Below are positions 1 to 9,231 of a DNA stretch of 64,000 bases, piece by piece (the stretch's first letter is position 1; each line of letters starts with the position of its first letter). The notes under the pieces are model-generated. The model searched no databases and had not been told where the DNA came from. It saw only the letters and a list, made by a program, of their open reading frames with translations. The translations under genes and the position numbers were made by a program. The stretch is taken from sequence record OM339718.1; one strand, given 5' to 3'.

Positions 1-2
1 TG

Positions 3-359
3 TTCAAGCAACTTAAATCTCGTTATGGTGATATCAACACCCATAATAAATTCTGTATGGTTGTAGAAAAAGCTAAAATGCGTTGGTCTGACCTCGACGA
101 AACTACTCCATATACTGTTGTATTCGAAAGAAAGGATCTGGAAGAACGTTCTGATATTCAAGACGATGCAGTTATTGTTCGTCGTGGTGATGGAATTACT
201 TCTGTTCCGGTTGAAGTTACTCCGGAAGTTGTTGATGAAATTGATACTACTCCGATGGGTAGTTCTATGTTCAAACGCCGTATGAGCAAAACCGAAGTTG
301 ATTTTAATGACCTTCTGGCAGAACAAACACAAGAAGACGATGCACCTTGGGATAACTAA
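3..359 (+). CDS. 41: Replicative helicase gp41, C-terminal part (5' truncated by window)
   Basis: Frame is open from the window start and reads FKQLKSRYGDINTHNKF, matching the T4 gp41 KQLKSRYGD motif; lies upstream of primase. Confidence 0.9.
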   Translation, partial: FKQLKSRYGDINTHNKFCMVVEKAKMRWSDLDETTPYTVVFERKDLEERSDIQDDAVIVRRGDGITSVPVEVTPEVVDEIDTTPMGSSMFKRRMSKTEVDFNDLLAEQTQEDDAPWDN

Positions 360-362
360 ATA
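357..362 (+). promoter_or_regulatory. Possible late-promoter TAAATA box
   Basis: ACTAAATA directly upstream of the SD and start of 387..836; a short AT-rich motif, so weak evidence. Confidence 0.3.
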
Positions 363-386
363 AAAGGATACCAAGGAGGATTTAAC

Positions 387-836
387 GTGAGTATTAAAAC
401 TATTATGGACGGGATTTATTCCGTCCGTATGCTAGACCTATTAAGAAAACCATTTCGTAATTGGGAAGCATACAAGCGCGGTATTATCGACGAAGCCGGT
501 GAGTTTATTAAGAAGCCGGAAACCGTGAGAGAAAAAGCGGCATATACATCATTTCACGCAGCAATTAGATCACTGAAAATAAACCTTCAAAAGTATGGGG
601 GTGAGTCGGTATCTAAATCGTTGGCGGTGAAGGCTGGATATGACACTTTAACAGAATCATATGGTCAATCAGAATACACGATTGAAATGTTATATGAAGA
701 GATGATCGCTGGTGATTCCGGGGGTAATGTGACAAACATCGCAACCGGGGTAAAATCTGGTTCTGTTACAGATAAAGGTCCGTCTGTCATGGGGAAGAAA
801 AAAGAGCGTCGTAAAATTGAAGTAAAAGCCCCGTAA
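387..836 (+). CDS. Conserved T4-like protein between helicase and primase (61.1-like)
   Basis: LLRKPFRNWEAYKRGIIDEAG motif typical of this conserved T4-like family; SD AAGGAGG, GTG start. Confidence 0.7.
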   Translation: MSIKTIMDGIYSVRMLDLLRKPFRNWEAYKRGIIDEAGEFIKKPETVREKAAYTSFHAAIRSLKINLQKYGGESVSKSLAVKAGYDTLTESYGQSEYTIEMLYEEMIAGDSGGNVTNIATGVKSGSVTDKGPSVMGKKKERRKIEVKAP

Positions 837-846
837 TTGGGGCTTT
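825..846 (+). terminator. Intrinsic terminator hairpin
   Basis: AAAGCCCC-gtaatt-GGGGCTTT; differs by one base from the hairpin at 22335. Confidence 0.7.
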
Positions 847-893
847 ATTGTTTCTGGTGAGTGTGATATCATAGGTTGAAAGAGGATTTTTAT

Positions 894-1949
894 ATGAACA
901 TAATTTATATCGAACGACAGTTTGCAACTAGACTTAGTTACCGGATGGAATTGTGCACAGATCACTCCCGTGGTGTTGAGGTAAAGTATAATTTCCGTTG
1001 TCCTGTATGTGGTGATAGTAAAACTGACTACAGTAAAACCCGTGGGTGGTTATACGAATCAGAGGGTCATGTTCGGTTTGGTTGCTTTAACTGCAACGTT
1101 AATATGAAGCTAACCAACTACCTTTATGATAATGAACCTGAAATGTATAGAGAATTTGCAAAGGAAAAATTTGCAAACAAAGACGATAGTGAATGGTTCG
1201 AAACTAAAAAAACTGTAGAAAAACCAGTTGAACTAATCACAAAGAGTGTGATACCATATTCAACTTGTATAGCGGATCTCCCAGAGAATCATCCAGCCGT
1301 GAAATGGGTTGCTGCTCGTAAAATCCCAAAACATCAATATAAACTGTTCTTCTTTACTGCGGATTGGAAGAAGGTTGCTAATAGTGTTAAGCCAGAAACC
1401 TATCTGTATGACGATAAGAAAGAATATCGATTGGTTATCCCGATCTATAACAAAGATGGAACATATTCATCTTTGCAGGGTCGAGCATTAGATCCAAACG
1501 TTGATAAGAGTAGACGATATTTGACTATCAAGGCTGATGACAAAGCGTCTAAAGTATATGGTATGGAACGTGTGGATCCATCAAAGACAGTTTGGATGTT
1601 GGAAGGACCAATAGACAGCGTGTTTATCCCTAATGCATGTGCTATCGTCGGTGGTGTTATGGCTCTTGAAGATGCACCATTCCCTGATAAACGGGTATGG
1701 GTACTTGATAAAGAGGGTAGATCCTTCGACACACTAAAACGGATCGAAAATCTAATCAAAGCAGGTGAAAAGGTTGTTATCTGGGATGAATGTCCGTGGT
1801 CTTCCAAGGATATCAACGATTTCATAAAAAATGATGGCGCTACCATAGAAGAAGTAGTACAATACCTGAAAGACCACACTTATAGTGGTTTGAGAGCTGA
1901 ACTTGCACTTAGCAAGTGGCGTAAATTTGGACATAAGAGGATTTCGTGA
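894..1949 (+). CDS. 61: DNA primase gp61
   Basis: Zn finger YNFRCPVCGDS...CFNC, RLVIP, QGRAL, TOPRIM LEGPIDS, KDIND; ATG 894 follows GAGG. Confidence 0.95.
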   Translation: MNIIYIERQFATRLSYRMELCTDHSRGVEVKYNFRCPVCGDSKTDYSKTRGWLYESEGHVRFGCFNCNVNMKLTNYLYDNEPEMYREFAKEKFANKDDSEWFETKKTVEKPVELITKSVIPYSTCIADLPENHPAVKWVAARKIPKHQYKLFFFTADWKKVANSVKPETYLYDDKKEYRLVIPIYNKDGTYSSLQGRALDPNVDKSRRYLTIKADDKASKVYGMERVDPSKTVWMLEGPIDSVFIPNACAIVGGVMALEDAPFPDKRVWVLDKEGRSFDTLKRIENLIKAGEKVVIWDECPWSSKDINDFIKNDGATIEEVVQYLKDHTYSGLRAELALSKWRKFGHKRIS

Positions 1950-2314
1950 TGTATACTGAAAATGAACAAGATTATAAAATGACCGTTTCTGAGGTTCTTT
2001 ACAACGTATCGGTTGGAATTTTTCCTGAATGGTGGTGCTTTGAAATTGGTCTCTGTAACCAATCGTGGCATTACTGTATTGACTTTGAGAAAATCACAAA
2101 TGAATATGCCACAGAAGAAGATGGTATGTGTGATGTTTTCTCGTTGTTTTGGGTAGAGTGGGATCATTTTTCCGGTGATAGCAGCTATCCTGTAAAATCC
2201 CCTTATGGTGATAACGCCTATGGGATGTACAATGAAGCAGATAGTCACTATGATCTTGCTTATGGTGAGAGTCGGAAACAGCTTGCAGAATTTTTATCTA
2301 AAAAATTGAAATAA
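1946..2314 (+). CDS. Hypothetical protein
   Basis: Co-directional ORF overlapping primase stop. Confidence 0.75.
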   Translation: MMYTENEQDYKMTVSEVLYNVSVGIFPEWWCFEIGLCNQSWHYCIDFEKITNEYATEEDGMCDVFSLFWVEWDHFSGDSSYPVKSPYGDNAYGMYNEADSHYDLAYGESRKQLAEFLSKKLK

Positions 2315-2326
2315 GAGAGAACAAAA

Positions 2327-2818
2327 ATGGAAATGAATTTTATTAGTGGTTTTGAATATGGTGTTTGTCCTGATTTTCAACGAGAAGGGGACGCAGCTAT
2401 TGACCTTCGTACCCCGGAAGCTATTATGTTGAAACCGGGTGAAGATATTATCGTTAATACTGGTATGCGATTTGATATGAGTCAGATCGATACTGGTATT
2501 CCGGGTGTTGGTATTGCTGCAATGGTTCTCCCCCGTTCGGGTCTCGGGTTCAAATTCTATACCCGGTTGGCTAACACTGTTGGTCTTATCGATGGAAACT
2601 ATCAGGGTGAGATCATGGTGAAGGTCCGGAATGAACATATTGTTAACGAAGACGACCCGATGAGTTTCAACAAGGTTCTCCATATTCCGAAGGGTGAACG
2701 TTTCTGTCAGATGGTGTTCATTCCCGTATTCAACCAGATCAAGTTTAACCAAGTTGACGACTTCAATACACAAACTGTTCGTGGTTCTGCGGGGATTGGT
2801 TCTTCGGGGACAAAATAA
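2327..2818 (+). CDS. dut: Trimeric dUTPase
   Basis: Five dUTPase motifs: AAIDL, PRSGLG, GLIDGNYQGEI, RFCQMV, RGSAGIGSSG. Confidence 0.95.
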   Translation: MEMNFISGFEYGVCPDFQREGDAAIDLRTPEAIMLKPGEDIIVNTGMRFDMSQIDTGIPGVGIAAMVLPRSGLGFKFYTRLANTVGLIDGNYQGEIMVKVRNEHIVNEDDPMSFNKVLHIPKGERFCQMVFIPVFNQIKFNQVDDFNTQTVRGSAGIGSSGTK

Positions 2819-3471
2819 TGGTTACCGATTATATTACTGACTTTGAGACTTTGAATACGGTAGAAAAAGCTACCTTAGTTGAATTTTCTGTGATACCATT
2901 CAAAATGGATATTGAAAATCCACCTACATTTCAAAGTCTGGTTGAATCCGGAAAGAAAATTAAATTCGATCTGAAACATCAGAAGGCCCTAGGACGTCGT
3001 GTAAGTGCTTCCACCGTGGAATGGTGGAAATCTCAGGGAGATGAAGCGAAATCTCTCTTGAAGCCATCCAGCGACGATATGACCCTATATGATGGATATA
3101 TGGACATCAAAGATTGGTTTGTGGAAACCGGGGTCGAGTTTAAGAAGTCCCATATCTGGACTCGTGGGGAAATGGATATCATTTGGTTCCGTAGTTGGTA
3201 TTGTGATGCTATGGATCTAGCAGATGATGATATTTCTGCTGCTATGCCTGTGATGTTCAACAACTTCCGTGAAGTACGAACCGCAATCGAAGCAAACATG
3301 GATCGCGATGTTACGTATTGCCCCCTTCCTAACGGGAGTCTTCCGGGTTTCGTAAAACATAACTCACTTCATGATTGCGCTCGTGACATTCTTATGTTAA
3401 TCTATTCAAAACGATATGCGTATGGTCTGGAAGATATTCCGACTGACGTAGACCCTAACTCAATGAGGTAA
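2818..3471 (+). CDS. dexA: 3'-5' exonuclease DexA
   Basis: ITDFET ExoI, WTRGEMDI, HNSLHDCARDI ExoIII; T4 dexA position. Confidence 0.88.
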   Translation: MVTDYITDFETLNTVEKATLVEFSVIPFKMDIENPPTFQSLVESGKKIKFDLKHQKALGRRVSASTVEWWKSQGDEAKSLLKPSSDDMTLYDGYMDIKDWFVETGVEFKKSHIWTRGEMDIIWFRSWYCDAMDLADDDISAAMPVMFNNFREVRTAIEANMDRDVTYCPLPNGSLPGFVKHNSLHDCARDILMLIYSKRYAYGLEDIPTDVDPNSMR

Positions 3472-3476
3472 TTGAA

Positions 3477-3668
3477 ATGGCTATTAAATATCTGTCTATC
3501 GAAGAATTTGAATCCATCGTTAACCAAGAGGGTGTTGTAATGCGCTCATCATACGACCCGGAAGGGTATACTCAAGCGTATTATCTGGATGGTGAGCTGG
3601 TTGCGCAGATGGATTGCACCGATAACGTAACCGTTCGGTTTATCGAGGTGGATGATGGGAGCGAGTGA
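3477..3668 (+). CDS. Hypothetical protein
   Basis: GAGG SD, co-directional. Confidence 0.7.
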   Translation: MAIKYLSIEEFESIVNQEGVVMRSSYDPEGYTQAYYLDGELVAQMDCTDNVTVRFIEVDDGSE

Positions 3669-3960
3669 TCTAAACCCATTCAACAATCCATGGGTTGATG
3701 TCAATGTTGATTATCAAACCAGAATTAAACCGGGGGGTTTCTTAAACCCTTCTCAAGAAGAATATATTACGTTTGAGCGATTCATAGATCTAACTTCCGT
3801 TAATGATATGGTTTCTGTAGTTCCGGACCTTGTTCACCCATCAATGGAGCGGCATCGACACTATCTTAAGATCGGTTCAAACCGTATTCATTACATGGCT
3901 ACGAAAATAAAATTCACAACCAGTAAAGATACGTTATATTCTATAGAAAAAGGTTTATAA
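3652..3960 (+). CDS. Hypothetical protein
   Basis: GAGGTG SD, ends at terminator. Confidence 0.7.
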   Translation: MMGASDLNPFNNPWVDVNVDYQTRIKPGGFLNPSQEEYITFERFIDLTSVNDMVSVVPDLVHPSMERHRHYLKIGSNRIHYMATKIKFTTSKDTLYSIEKGL

Positions 3961-3978
3961 GGGGATTCGTCCCCTTTT
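3959..3978 (+). terminator. Intrinsic terminator
   Basis: AAGGGGA-TTCG-TCCCCTT-TT. Confidence 0.8.
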
Positions 3979-3993
3979 ATCATTGAGGTATAA

Positions 3994-5997
3994 ATGAAAG
4001 AACAAGAAGGTAAAATCCTAAGTGATTACGAACATATTTTCCTCAATAGTGATATGTATGTTGGGTCGCTTTCGGAAGAAACCCATTTAGTGTTGGTTGA
4101 TGGGAATTTTGTAGAAAAGCAATACATTCCGGGTTTGGTTAAAATTATCGATGAAATTATCGATAACTCGGTTGATGAAGCTATTCGTACCGATTTCAAA
4201 TTTGCTAATAAAATTGATATTGTTGTTGATGACCAGACCAATCAGGTATCCATTTCTGATAATGGTCGTGGTATCCCACAATATGACGTAAAGACCCCGG
4301 AAGGCGAAACCATCCCATATCCACAAGCTTGTTACACCCGAGCCCGTTCCGGTGGTAACTTCTCGGCTGATCGTAAGGGTATCGGTAAAAATGGTGTTGG
4401 TTCGGTATTGACCAACCTATACTCTACAATGTTCCGTGCGACAACTTGTGATGGGAAAAATACGGTCACAATCTATTGTACACAAAATGCAGAACACCAA
4501 TCCTACACCAAGAAAAAAGGTGGCACTCAGGGTACAACTGTTGAGTTTATTCCAGATCTTCTTGATAAATTTAACATCTTTGGCGGTATGCCCCCTGATG
4601 TAGTTGATGTTATCCGTTCTCGGGTAGAAATCCTTTCTGTTTTGTTCCCACAAGTAAAATTCACATTCAATAAGAAAAAAGTAGATTCCAAGTTCAAGAA
4701 ATTTGCTAGTGACTTTGGGGATCCTGTTATCTTTGAAAATGAGAATTGTTCGTTCTTTATCGGTACATCAGATGAATTCCGTCAACTTAGTTATGTTAAC
4801 GGGGTTCACACTAAGCAGGGTGGTAACCACGTTGAATATCTGATAAACAGTCTATGTGATGAATTGACCCCCATGATCAAGCGTAAGTTTAAGGTCGAGA
4901 TTAACAAAGCCCGTATCAAGGAAAACACTTTGCTGTTCCTTTCTCTTCGTGGCTTTGAGGGTGCCAAATTTGACGGACAAACTAAAGAACGGTTGAGTAA
5001 TTCCAACGGTCAGATCAAGGATCACTGCGGGATCGATATCAAGTCCATAGCCAAAAAGATGATATCCAACGATTCTGTTATCATGCCAATTGTAGAGAGT
5101 GCAATTGCAAAACGGGATGCGGTGGAAAAGGCACTAGCGACAAAAGCACAAAAGAAGGCTTTAACTGCCAACGTACCAAAACATATCCAAGCGAACAAAT
5201 ATGGAAAGAAAGGGTTTGAAACCACTCTGTTCTTGACCGAGGGTGATTCTGCAAGTGGCCCACTGGGTATAACTCGCGACCACGACACTCAAGGTGGATT
5301 CCCGTTGAAGGGTAAACTTCTATCTGTTCATAAATGCGAAAAGGTAAAGGTAATTGCCAACAAAGAGATTGCCAATATTATTTCAATTCTTGGTATGACT
5401 CTAGATGATACAAAAGAGCTACCATCAGGAGATTTCTTTGTAAATAAAGATGGTTTCATTGTTGCAGAAAATGATGAAATGTTGGTAAATGGTAAATGGG
5501 TTGAAACTCGTGGTATTGTAACCGGTAAGGATTGGGAACAAACTCTACAGCCTGATATGTTAAAATATCGTGGTCAAAAAGGGGTTCGACGTAACACCAA
5601 GGCAAATTATGATTATGTTGCTATCTTGGTAGATGCGGATCCAGATGGACGAGGACATATCAGTAACCTGATAATCTCGTTGTTCCATAAGTACTGGAAA
5701 CACTTTATTGATCAAGGTCGTTTGTTGGTATGCCGTACCCCGGAATTCATTAGTCGAAACGGGAAAGAAACCGTTTGGAGTTATGATACGGTAGAATTTC
5801 ACTCCAAGACGTTCAAGGGTTCTGGGTGGAAGCATGAACACGTTAAGGGTCTGGGTCAGTTAGACCGAGCTGACTACAAGAAATGTATTCGAGATCCTTA
5901 TATGGAGGTTGTTCGGGTTGATGAACAAGCAGCAGATGCGTTAGAAATGTTCTTTGGAACCGAATCGGACCTTCGTAAGGTGTGGATGGATGATTAA
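3994..5997 (+). CDS. 39: Type II topoisomerase large subunit, gp39+gp60 as one ORF
   Basis: GHKL motifs EIIDNSVDE, DNGRGIP, GKNGVGS; TOPRIM TEGDSA, PLKGK, DADPDG, KGLG. Confidence 0.95.
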   Translation: MKEQEGKILSDYEHIFLNSDMYVGSLSEETHLVLVDGNFVEKQYIPGLVKIIDEIIDNSVDEAIRTDFKFANKIDIVVDDQTNQVSISDNGRGIPQYDVKTPEGETIPYPQACYTRARSGGNFSADRKGIGKNGVGSVLTNLYSTMFRATTCDGKNTVTIYCTQNAEHQSYTKKKGGTQGTTVEFIPDLLDKFNIFGGMPPDVVDVIRSRVEILSVLFPQVKFTFNKKKVDSKFKKFASDFGDPVIFENENCSFFIGTSDEFRQLSYVNGVHTKQGGNHVEYLINSLCDELTPMIKRKFKVEINKARIKENTLLFLSLRGFEGAKFDGQTKERLSNSNGQIKDHCGIDIKSIAKKMISNDSVIMPIVESAIAKRDAVEKALATKAQKKALTANVPKHIQANKYGKKGFETTLFLTEGDSASGPLGITRDHDTQGGFPLKGKLLSVHKCEKVKVIANKEIANIISILGMTLDDTKELPSGDFFVNKDGFIVAENDEMLVNGKWVETRGIVTGKDWEQTLQPDMLKYRGQKGVRRNTKANYDYVAILVDADPDGRGHISNLIISLFHKYWKHFIDQGRLLVCRTPEFISRNGKETVWSYDTVEFHSKTFKGSGWKHEHVKGLGQLDRADYKKCIRDPYMEVVRVDEQAADALEMFFGTESDLRKVWMDD

Positions 5998-6000
5998 CAA

Positions 6001-6030
6001 AAAGGGAACCGATGGGGTTCCCTTTTCTTT
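6001..6030 (+). terminator. Intrinsic terminator
   Basis: AAAGGGAACC-gatgg-GGTTCCCTTT plus T-run, followed by an extended -10 TGTGTATAAT. Confidence 0.85.
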
Positions 6031-6067
6031 TTTATTGTGTATAATAGTGGAAAATAGAGGAATAATT

Positions 6068-6394
6068 ATGGCTAACCTAAATGATATCGCTCACTCAGTA
6101 AGACCTACAATCTCAATTGGAGACAAATCCACCGTGTGGTTTATCCGTGAAAAGCTTGTAGGGTGGTTTGAAGAAAGTGTAGAATACTGGCTTGAATGGT
6201 GTAAAGAAGATGGTATAGAACCTATCGAAGAGGTTCTAAAAGAAAATATGAAGCTTCTCAACGCAATAAAAACATGTTCTACAATCACAAAGAAAACTGT
6301 TGATTGGAAACTGGTTATGGGTTATGATGTTGACATTGATAAGCTTGCACTCGACTGGTTAGATCTATATCTTGACTATGAGGTTAAAAAATGA
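6068..6394 (+). CDS. Hypothetical protein
   Basis: GAGG SD before ATG 6068; the track's upstream extension crosses a terminator. Confidence 0.75.
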   Translation: MANLNDIAHSVRPTISIGDKSTVWFIREKLVGWFEESVEYWLEWCKEDGIEPIEEVLKENMKLLNAIKTCSTITKKTVDWKLVMGYDVDIDKLALDWLDLYLDYEVKK

Positions 6395-6663
6395 GTATGT
6401 ACAAATTCCGAAGTGACTATGAAAAAGAAGAGTTCATTTCTGTTGGTGAGGTTTTTCACGAATTTGAAGAGGATGGTATTAACTCAAACAAGTTAATCGT
6501 TGATTTTCTTAAAAAGACTGGTCGTGACGAATTTGAACTTGTGCCGTTTGTACCTGATGAAAAATACGTTATCGATTTAGAAGAAACTCCCGATGAACTG
6601 AAAGACTTGATCTATCATTTCAGCCAAGCTGACATCGAAAACTATCTTGTGGAGATTGAATAA
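6391..6663 (+). CDS. Small acidic protein, FKS-motif paralog family
   Basis: YKFRS..KEEF ... YLVEIE; similar to 6663, 38753 and 63337. Confidence 0.75.
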   Translation: MSMYKFRSDYEKEEFISVGEVFHEFEEDGINSNKLIVDFLKKTGRDEFELVPFVPDEKYVIDLEETPDELKDLIYHFSQADIENYLVEIE

Positions 6664-6950
6664 TGAACAAATACCGGTTTAAAAGTGAGAACCATAAACA
6701 GGAATTTCTGAATTCTTCGTGGGATTTTGAAGATGAGATGGAATTCAACTACAACGAATCCATCTGTAAATTCTTGGATATGGAAGGTATTGACGAATTT
6801 TATGTTGACGAAACAGAAGACCATCAGTATTGTATCCTAATCGAAGACGACGACGGGAATTTTGGAATCGCAGAAGTCATCCATATCGGTAAACCGCTTC
6901 TGTTCCACTTCTACCCAGAAGACGTACATCATTATCTCGAAGTAGTTTAA
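6663..6950 (+). CDS. Small acidic protein, FKS-motif paralog family
   Basis: YRFKS..KQEF ... YLEVV. Confidence 0.75.
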   Translation: MNKYRFKSENHKQEFLNSSWDFEDEMEFNYNESICKFLDMEGIDEFYVDETEDHQYCILIEDDDGNFGIAEVIHIGKPLLFHFYPEDVHHYLEVV

Positions 6951-6972
6951 AAGGTTAAATGAGAAATACATT

Positions 6973-9207
6973 ATGAAAATTGTTACAAATAAACAACCTG
7001 TATTTGGGACTGTTATGGAAGAGTCCCGCGATTTTGGTATGAAGTTTGATGAAAAAGCTTATACCATTCTTAGTTCTGGGCTTTATAAATTCAAGATCCG
7101 AGCTTTCATTCGTGAATTGAGCTGTAACGCAATCGATGGTCACATTGCATTGGAAAAGATTGGTGGAACCCCACCGAAATATTTTGATGTAGAGCTTCCG
7201 TCTGATATTAATTTGCAATGGAGACTCCGCGATTATGGTATTGGTATGGACAAGGATGGTATTTTCAACTTGTTCACCACATATTTTGCATCAACCAAGG
7301 AAGATTCTGACGATTTTATCGGTGCATTTGGTCTTGGTTCTAAAAGTCCGTTCTGCTACACAACAACATTCACTGTAACATCGTGGTGTAAGGGTCTCAA
7401 AACCGTCTATAGCATCTTCATGAACAACGGTATACCAAAGTGTGTCCCCATCTTCGAAGAACCGTCAGACGAGCCCACAGGTATCGAAATCGTAATCCCT
7501 ATCGATCAAGATGATATTACCGAAGTTCGGAATGAAGCTCGGGTGGTGTACCACACATTTGATAAAGATGGATTTTATCCAAACATCATCAATCAGAATT
7601 TCGAGTTGACTAACTACAAGTCATCTGGTTACTATGGTTCCATCATGGATAATGGCGTATATGCTGTTATGGGTGGTGTTTCTTACAAGATCCCAGCAAA
7701 GCTTTACGAAAATGAGGTTTGTTCGGTATTCTTTAATAATTCATATAACTTTATCGATTTTCCTGTTGGGTCTCTCAATCCTCTCCCGAACCGGGAAGAA
7801 TTGAGTCTTGATAAACACACACTGAATACACTGAATTCTTATTTTAAATCCCAATCGGACCAAGTTATTGATGAAGTCAATAAAAAGGTTTCTGAACATG
7901 GAAAGGATGCTCGAAGTAAAATTCATGCTATTTTGTCTATGGATTTTGGTGAGCATATCTTTAACAAAGTATCAAAGATTATTGACCATAACGGCAAGTC
8001 TCTTCAAGATTGGCGCTTCTTCTACGAAAGTATTACATCTTCGAAAGAATGGTCTTTGTTTAAAGATTTCTGTGTGGATTACAGTTATAAAAACAAAAAT
8101 TTCGTTTATATCGATACATTTAGTAATGCGGTGCGAAATGTTTGGAATCTTGAACGTGCAAGATATTACGGGTCGTCTCGTAAAATCGAGTTTAATGACT
8201 ATTTCATGCCGTCAGTAAAGAATAAGCGATATCCATTCCCAATCCTTCTGTCTAATATGGATGGTAAGTGGAAGGTAAGGATCAAGCTTCTTATGAAGTA
8301 TGGTATCATTCCTAATGAACGGGTTGTTGTTATGAGCGATTACCCTTATTCTCGCAAACCTTTCAAGAATGTAACTCGAAATCTCTTTATCCAGATTGCA
8401 AAGCGTTACCACAAAGACGATATCGATGTTTTTCATGTAGAGAAGTTGTATGATAAGCACGTTCAAGAAATTGAAGAGAAAGAAGCAGAAGAGAAGCGCC
8501 AACGTCGTTTAGAAGCACAGCGGAATAGGGCTAAAACTCCACGTTACAAACCAGACAACTCGCATTATTATAATAAAGGGTATCGCAGTACTGGCAATTT
8601 CCTTGCCAAGGATGTACACGAGCTTAGTGGGCTGTATGGTCTTCGTTCTGGCGAATATATTGTTGTTGATGGTCATGAAGTTACAGATGGACTTCAAAGT
8701 TGGTTATCTGAGATGTTTGATACAACGTTGTATGCATTTCCGAAAACCCTTGAACGACGGGCTAACATGAATGAGAATTTGACTCTCATTACAAAGGAAA
8801 TGATCAAAGGTAAACTTGTTGAATATCTCAATAACAATTTAAAGGGTAATAAAATTGGTTGGAATATCAATAGGTCTGATAAGCCAAGGGTCGATATGGA
8901 AATTACTCGGGAAATGAAGGACTATTTTGGTATCTCGGAATCCGGTGATTGGGATCATGATCTTGGTAATATTTATGTTCATGCTCAAGAATATTTGACT
9001 GAACATGAATATCAAGTTTATACCGATGTTGTTGAAAACCATCGTCAGAGTATGTATGATGTATATCATAATTTTTATGACGAAATGAAAAAGCAATTCC
9101 CCATGGAATGTGCGATTCTTAGGTTGAAGAAAAATTATAGTTGTGTAAAAAACGAAGAGTTCGAACTTGCAACTAAACTTATTATGGAAAACTACAAAGG
9201 GGTGTAA
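6973..9207 (+). CDS. rIIA: rIIA protein
   Basis: N-terminal HSP90-like ATPase IRELSCNAID, RDYGIGM, STKEDSDDFIGAFGLGSKSPF; 744 aa; precedes rIIB. Confidence 0.93.
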   Translation: MKIVTNKQPVFGTVMEESRDFGMKFDEKAYTILSSGLYKFKIRAFIRELSCNAIDGHIALEKIGGTPPKYFDVELPSDINLQWRLRDYGIGMDKDGIFNLFTTYFASTKEDSDDFIGAFGLGSKSPFCYTTTFTVTSWCKGLKTVYSIFMNNGIPKCVPIFEEPSDEPTGIEIVIPIDQDDITEVRNEARVVYHTFDKDGFYPNIINQNFELTNYKSSGYYGSIMDNGVYAVMGGVSYKIPAKLYENEVCSVFFNNSYNFIDFPVGSLNPLPNREELSLDKHTLNTLNSYFKSQSDQVIDEVNKKVSEHGKDARSKIHAILSMDFGEHIFNKVSKIIDHNGKSLQDWRFFYESITSSKEWSLFKDFCVDYSYKNKNFVYIDTFSNAVRNVWNLERARYYGSSRKIEFNDYFMPSVKNKRYPFPILLSNMDGKWKVRIKLLMKYGIIPNERVVVMSDYPYSRKPFKNVTRNLFIQIAKRYHKDDIDVFHVEKLYDKHVQEIEEKEAEEKRQRRLEAQRNRAKTPRYKPDNSHYYNKGYRSTGNFLAKDVHELSGLYGLRSGEYIVVDGHEVTDGLQSWLSEMFDTTLYAFPKTLERRANMNENLTLITKEMIKGKLVEYLNNNLKGNKIGWNINRSDKPRVDMEITREMKDYFGISESGDWDHDLGNIYVHAQEYLTEHEYQVYTDVVENHRQSMYDVYHNFYDEMKKQFPMECAILRLKKNYSCVKNEEFELATKLIMENYKGV

Positions 9208-9217
9208 GCCCCTTTTT
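9196..9217 (+). terminator. Possible terminator hairpin at rIIA end
   Basis: AAAGGGG-tgtaag-CCCCTTTTT. Confidence 0.55.
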
Positions 9218-9231
9218 AATGAGGAAATAAA

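Noticed and set aside
1-1000. Impression of GATC over-representation
   Set aside because: Hand count of about 4 sites in the first kb is close to the roughly 3-4 expected from composition
5395-5610. About 55 aa extra segment in the topoisomerase TOPRIM region as a possible intein or intron
   Set aside because: No intein Cys/Ser start or His-Asn end; its distal part matches the normal gp60 N-terminus
5954-6067. Upstream extension of ORF 5954..6394
   Set aside because: Crosses the topoisomerase stop and a terminator; SD supports ATG 6068. The same reasoning was used to trim several other track starts
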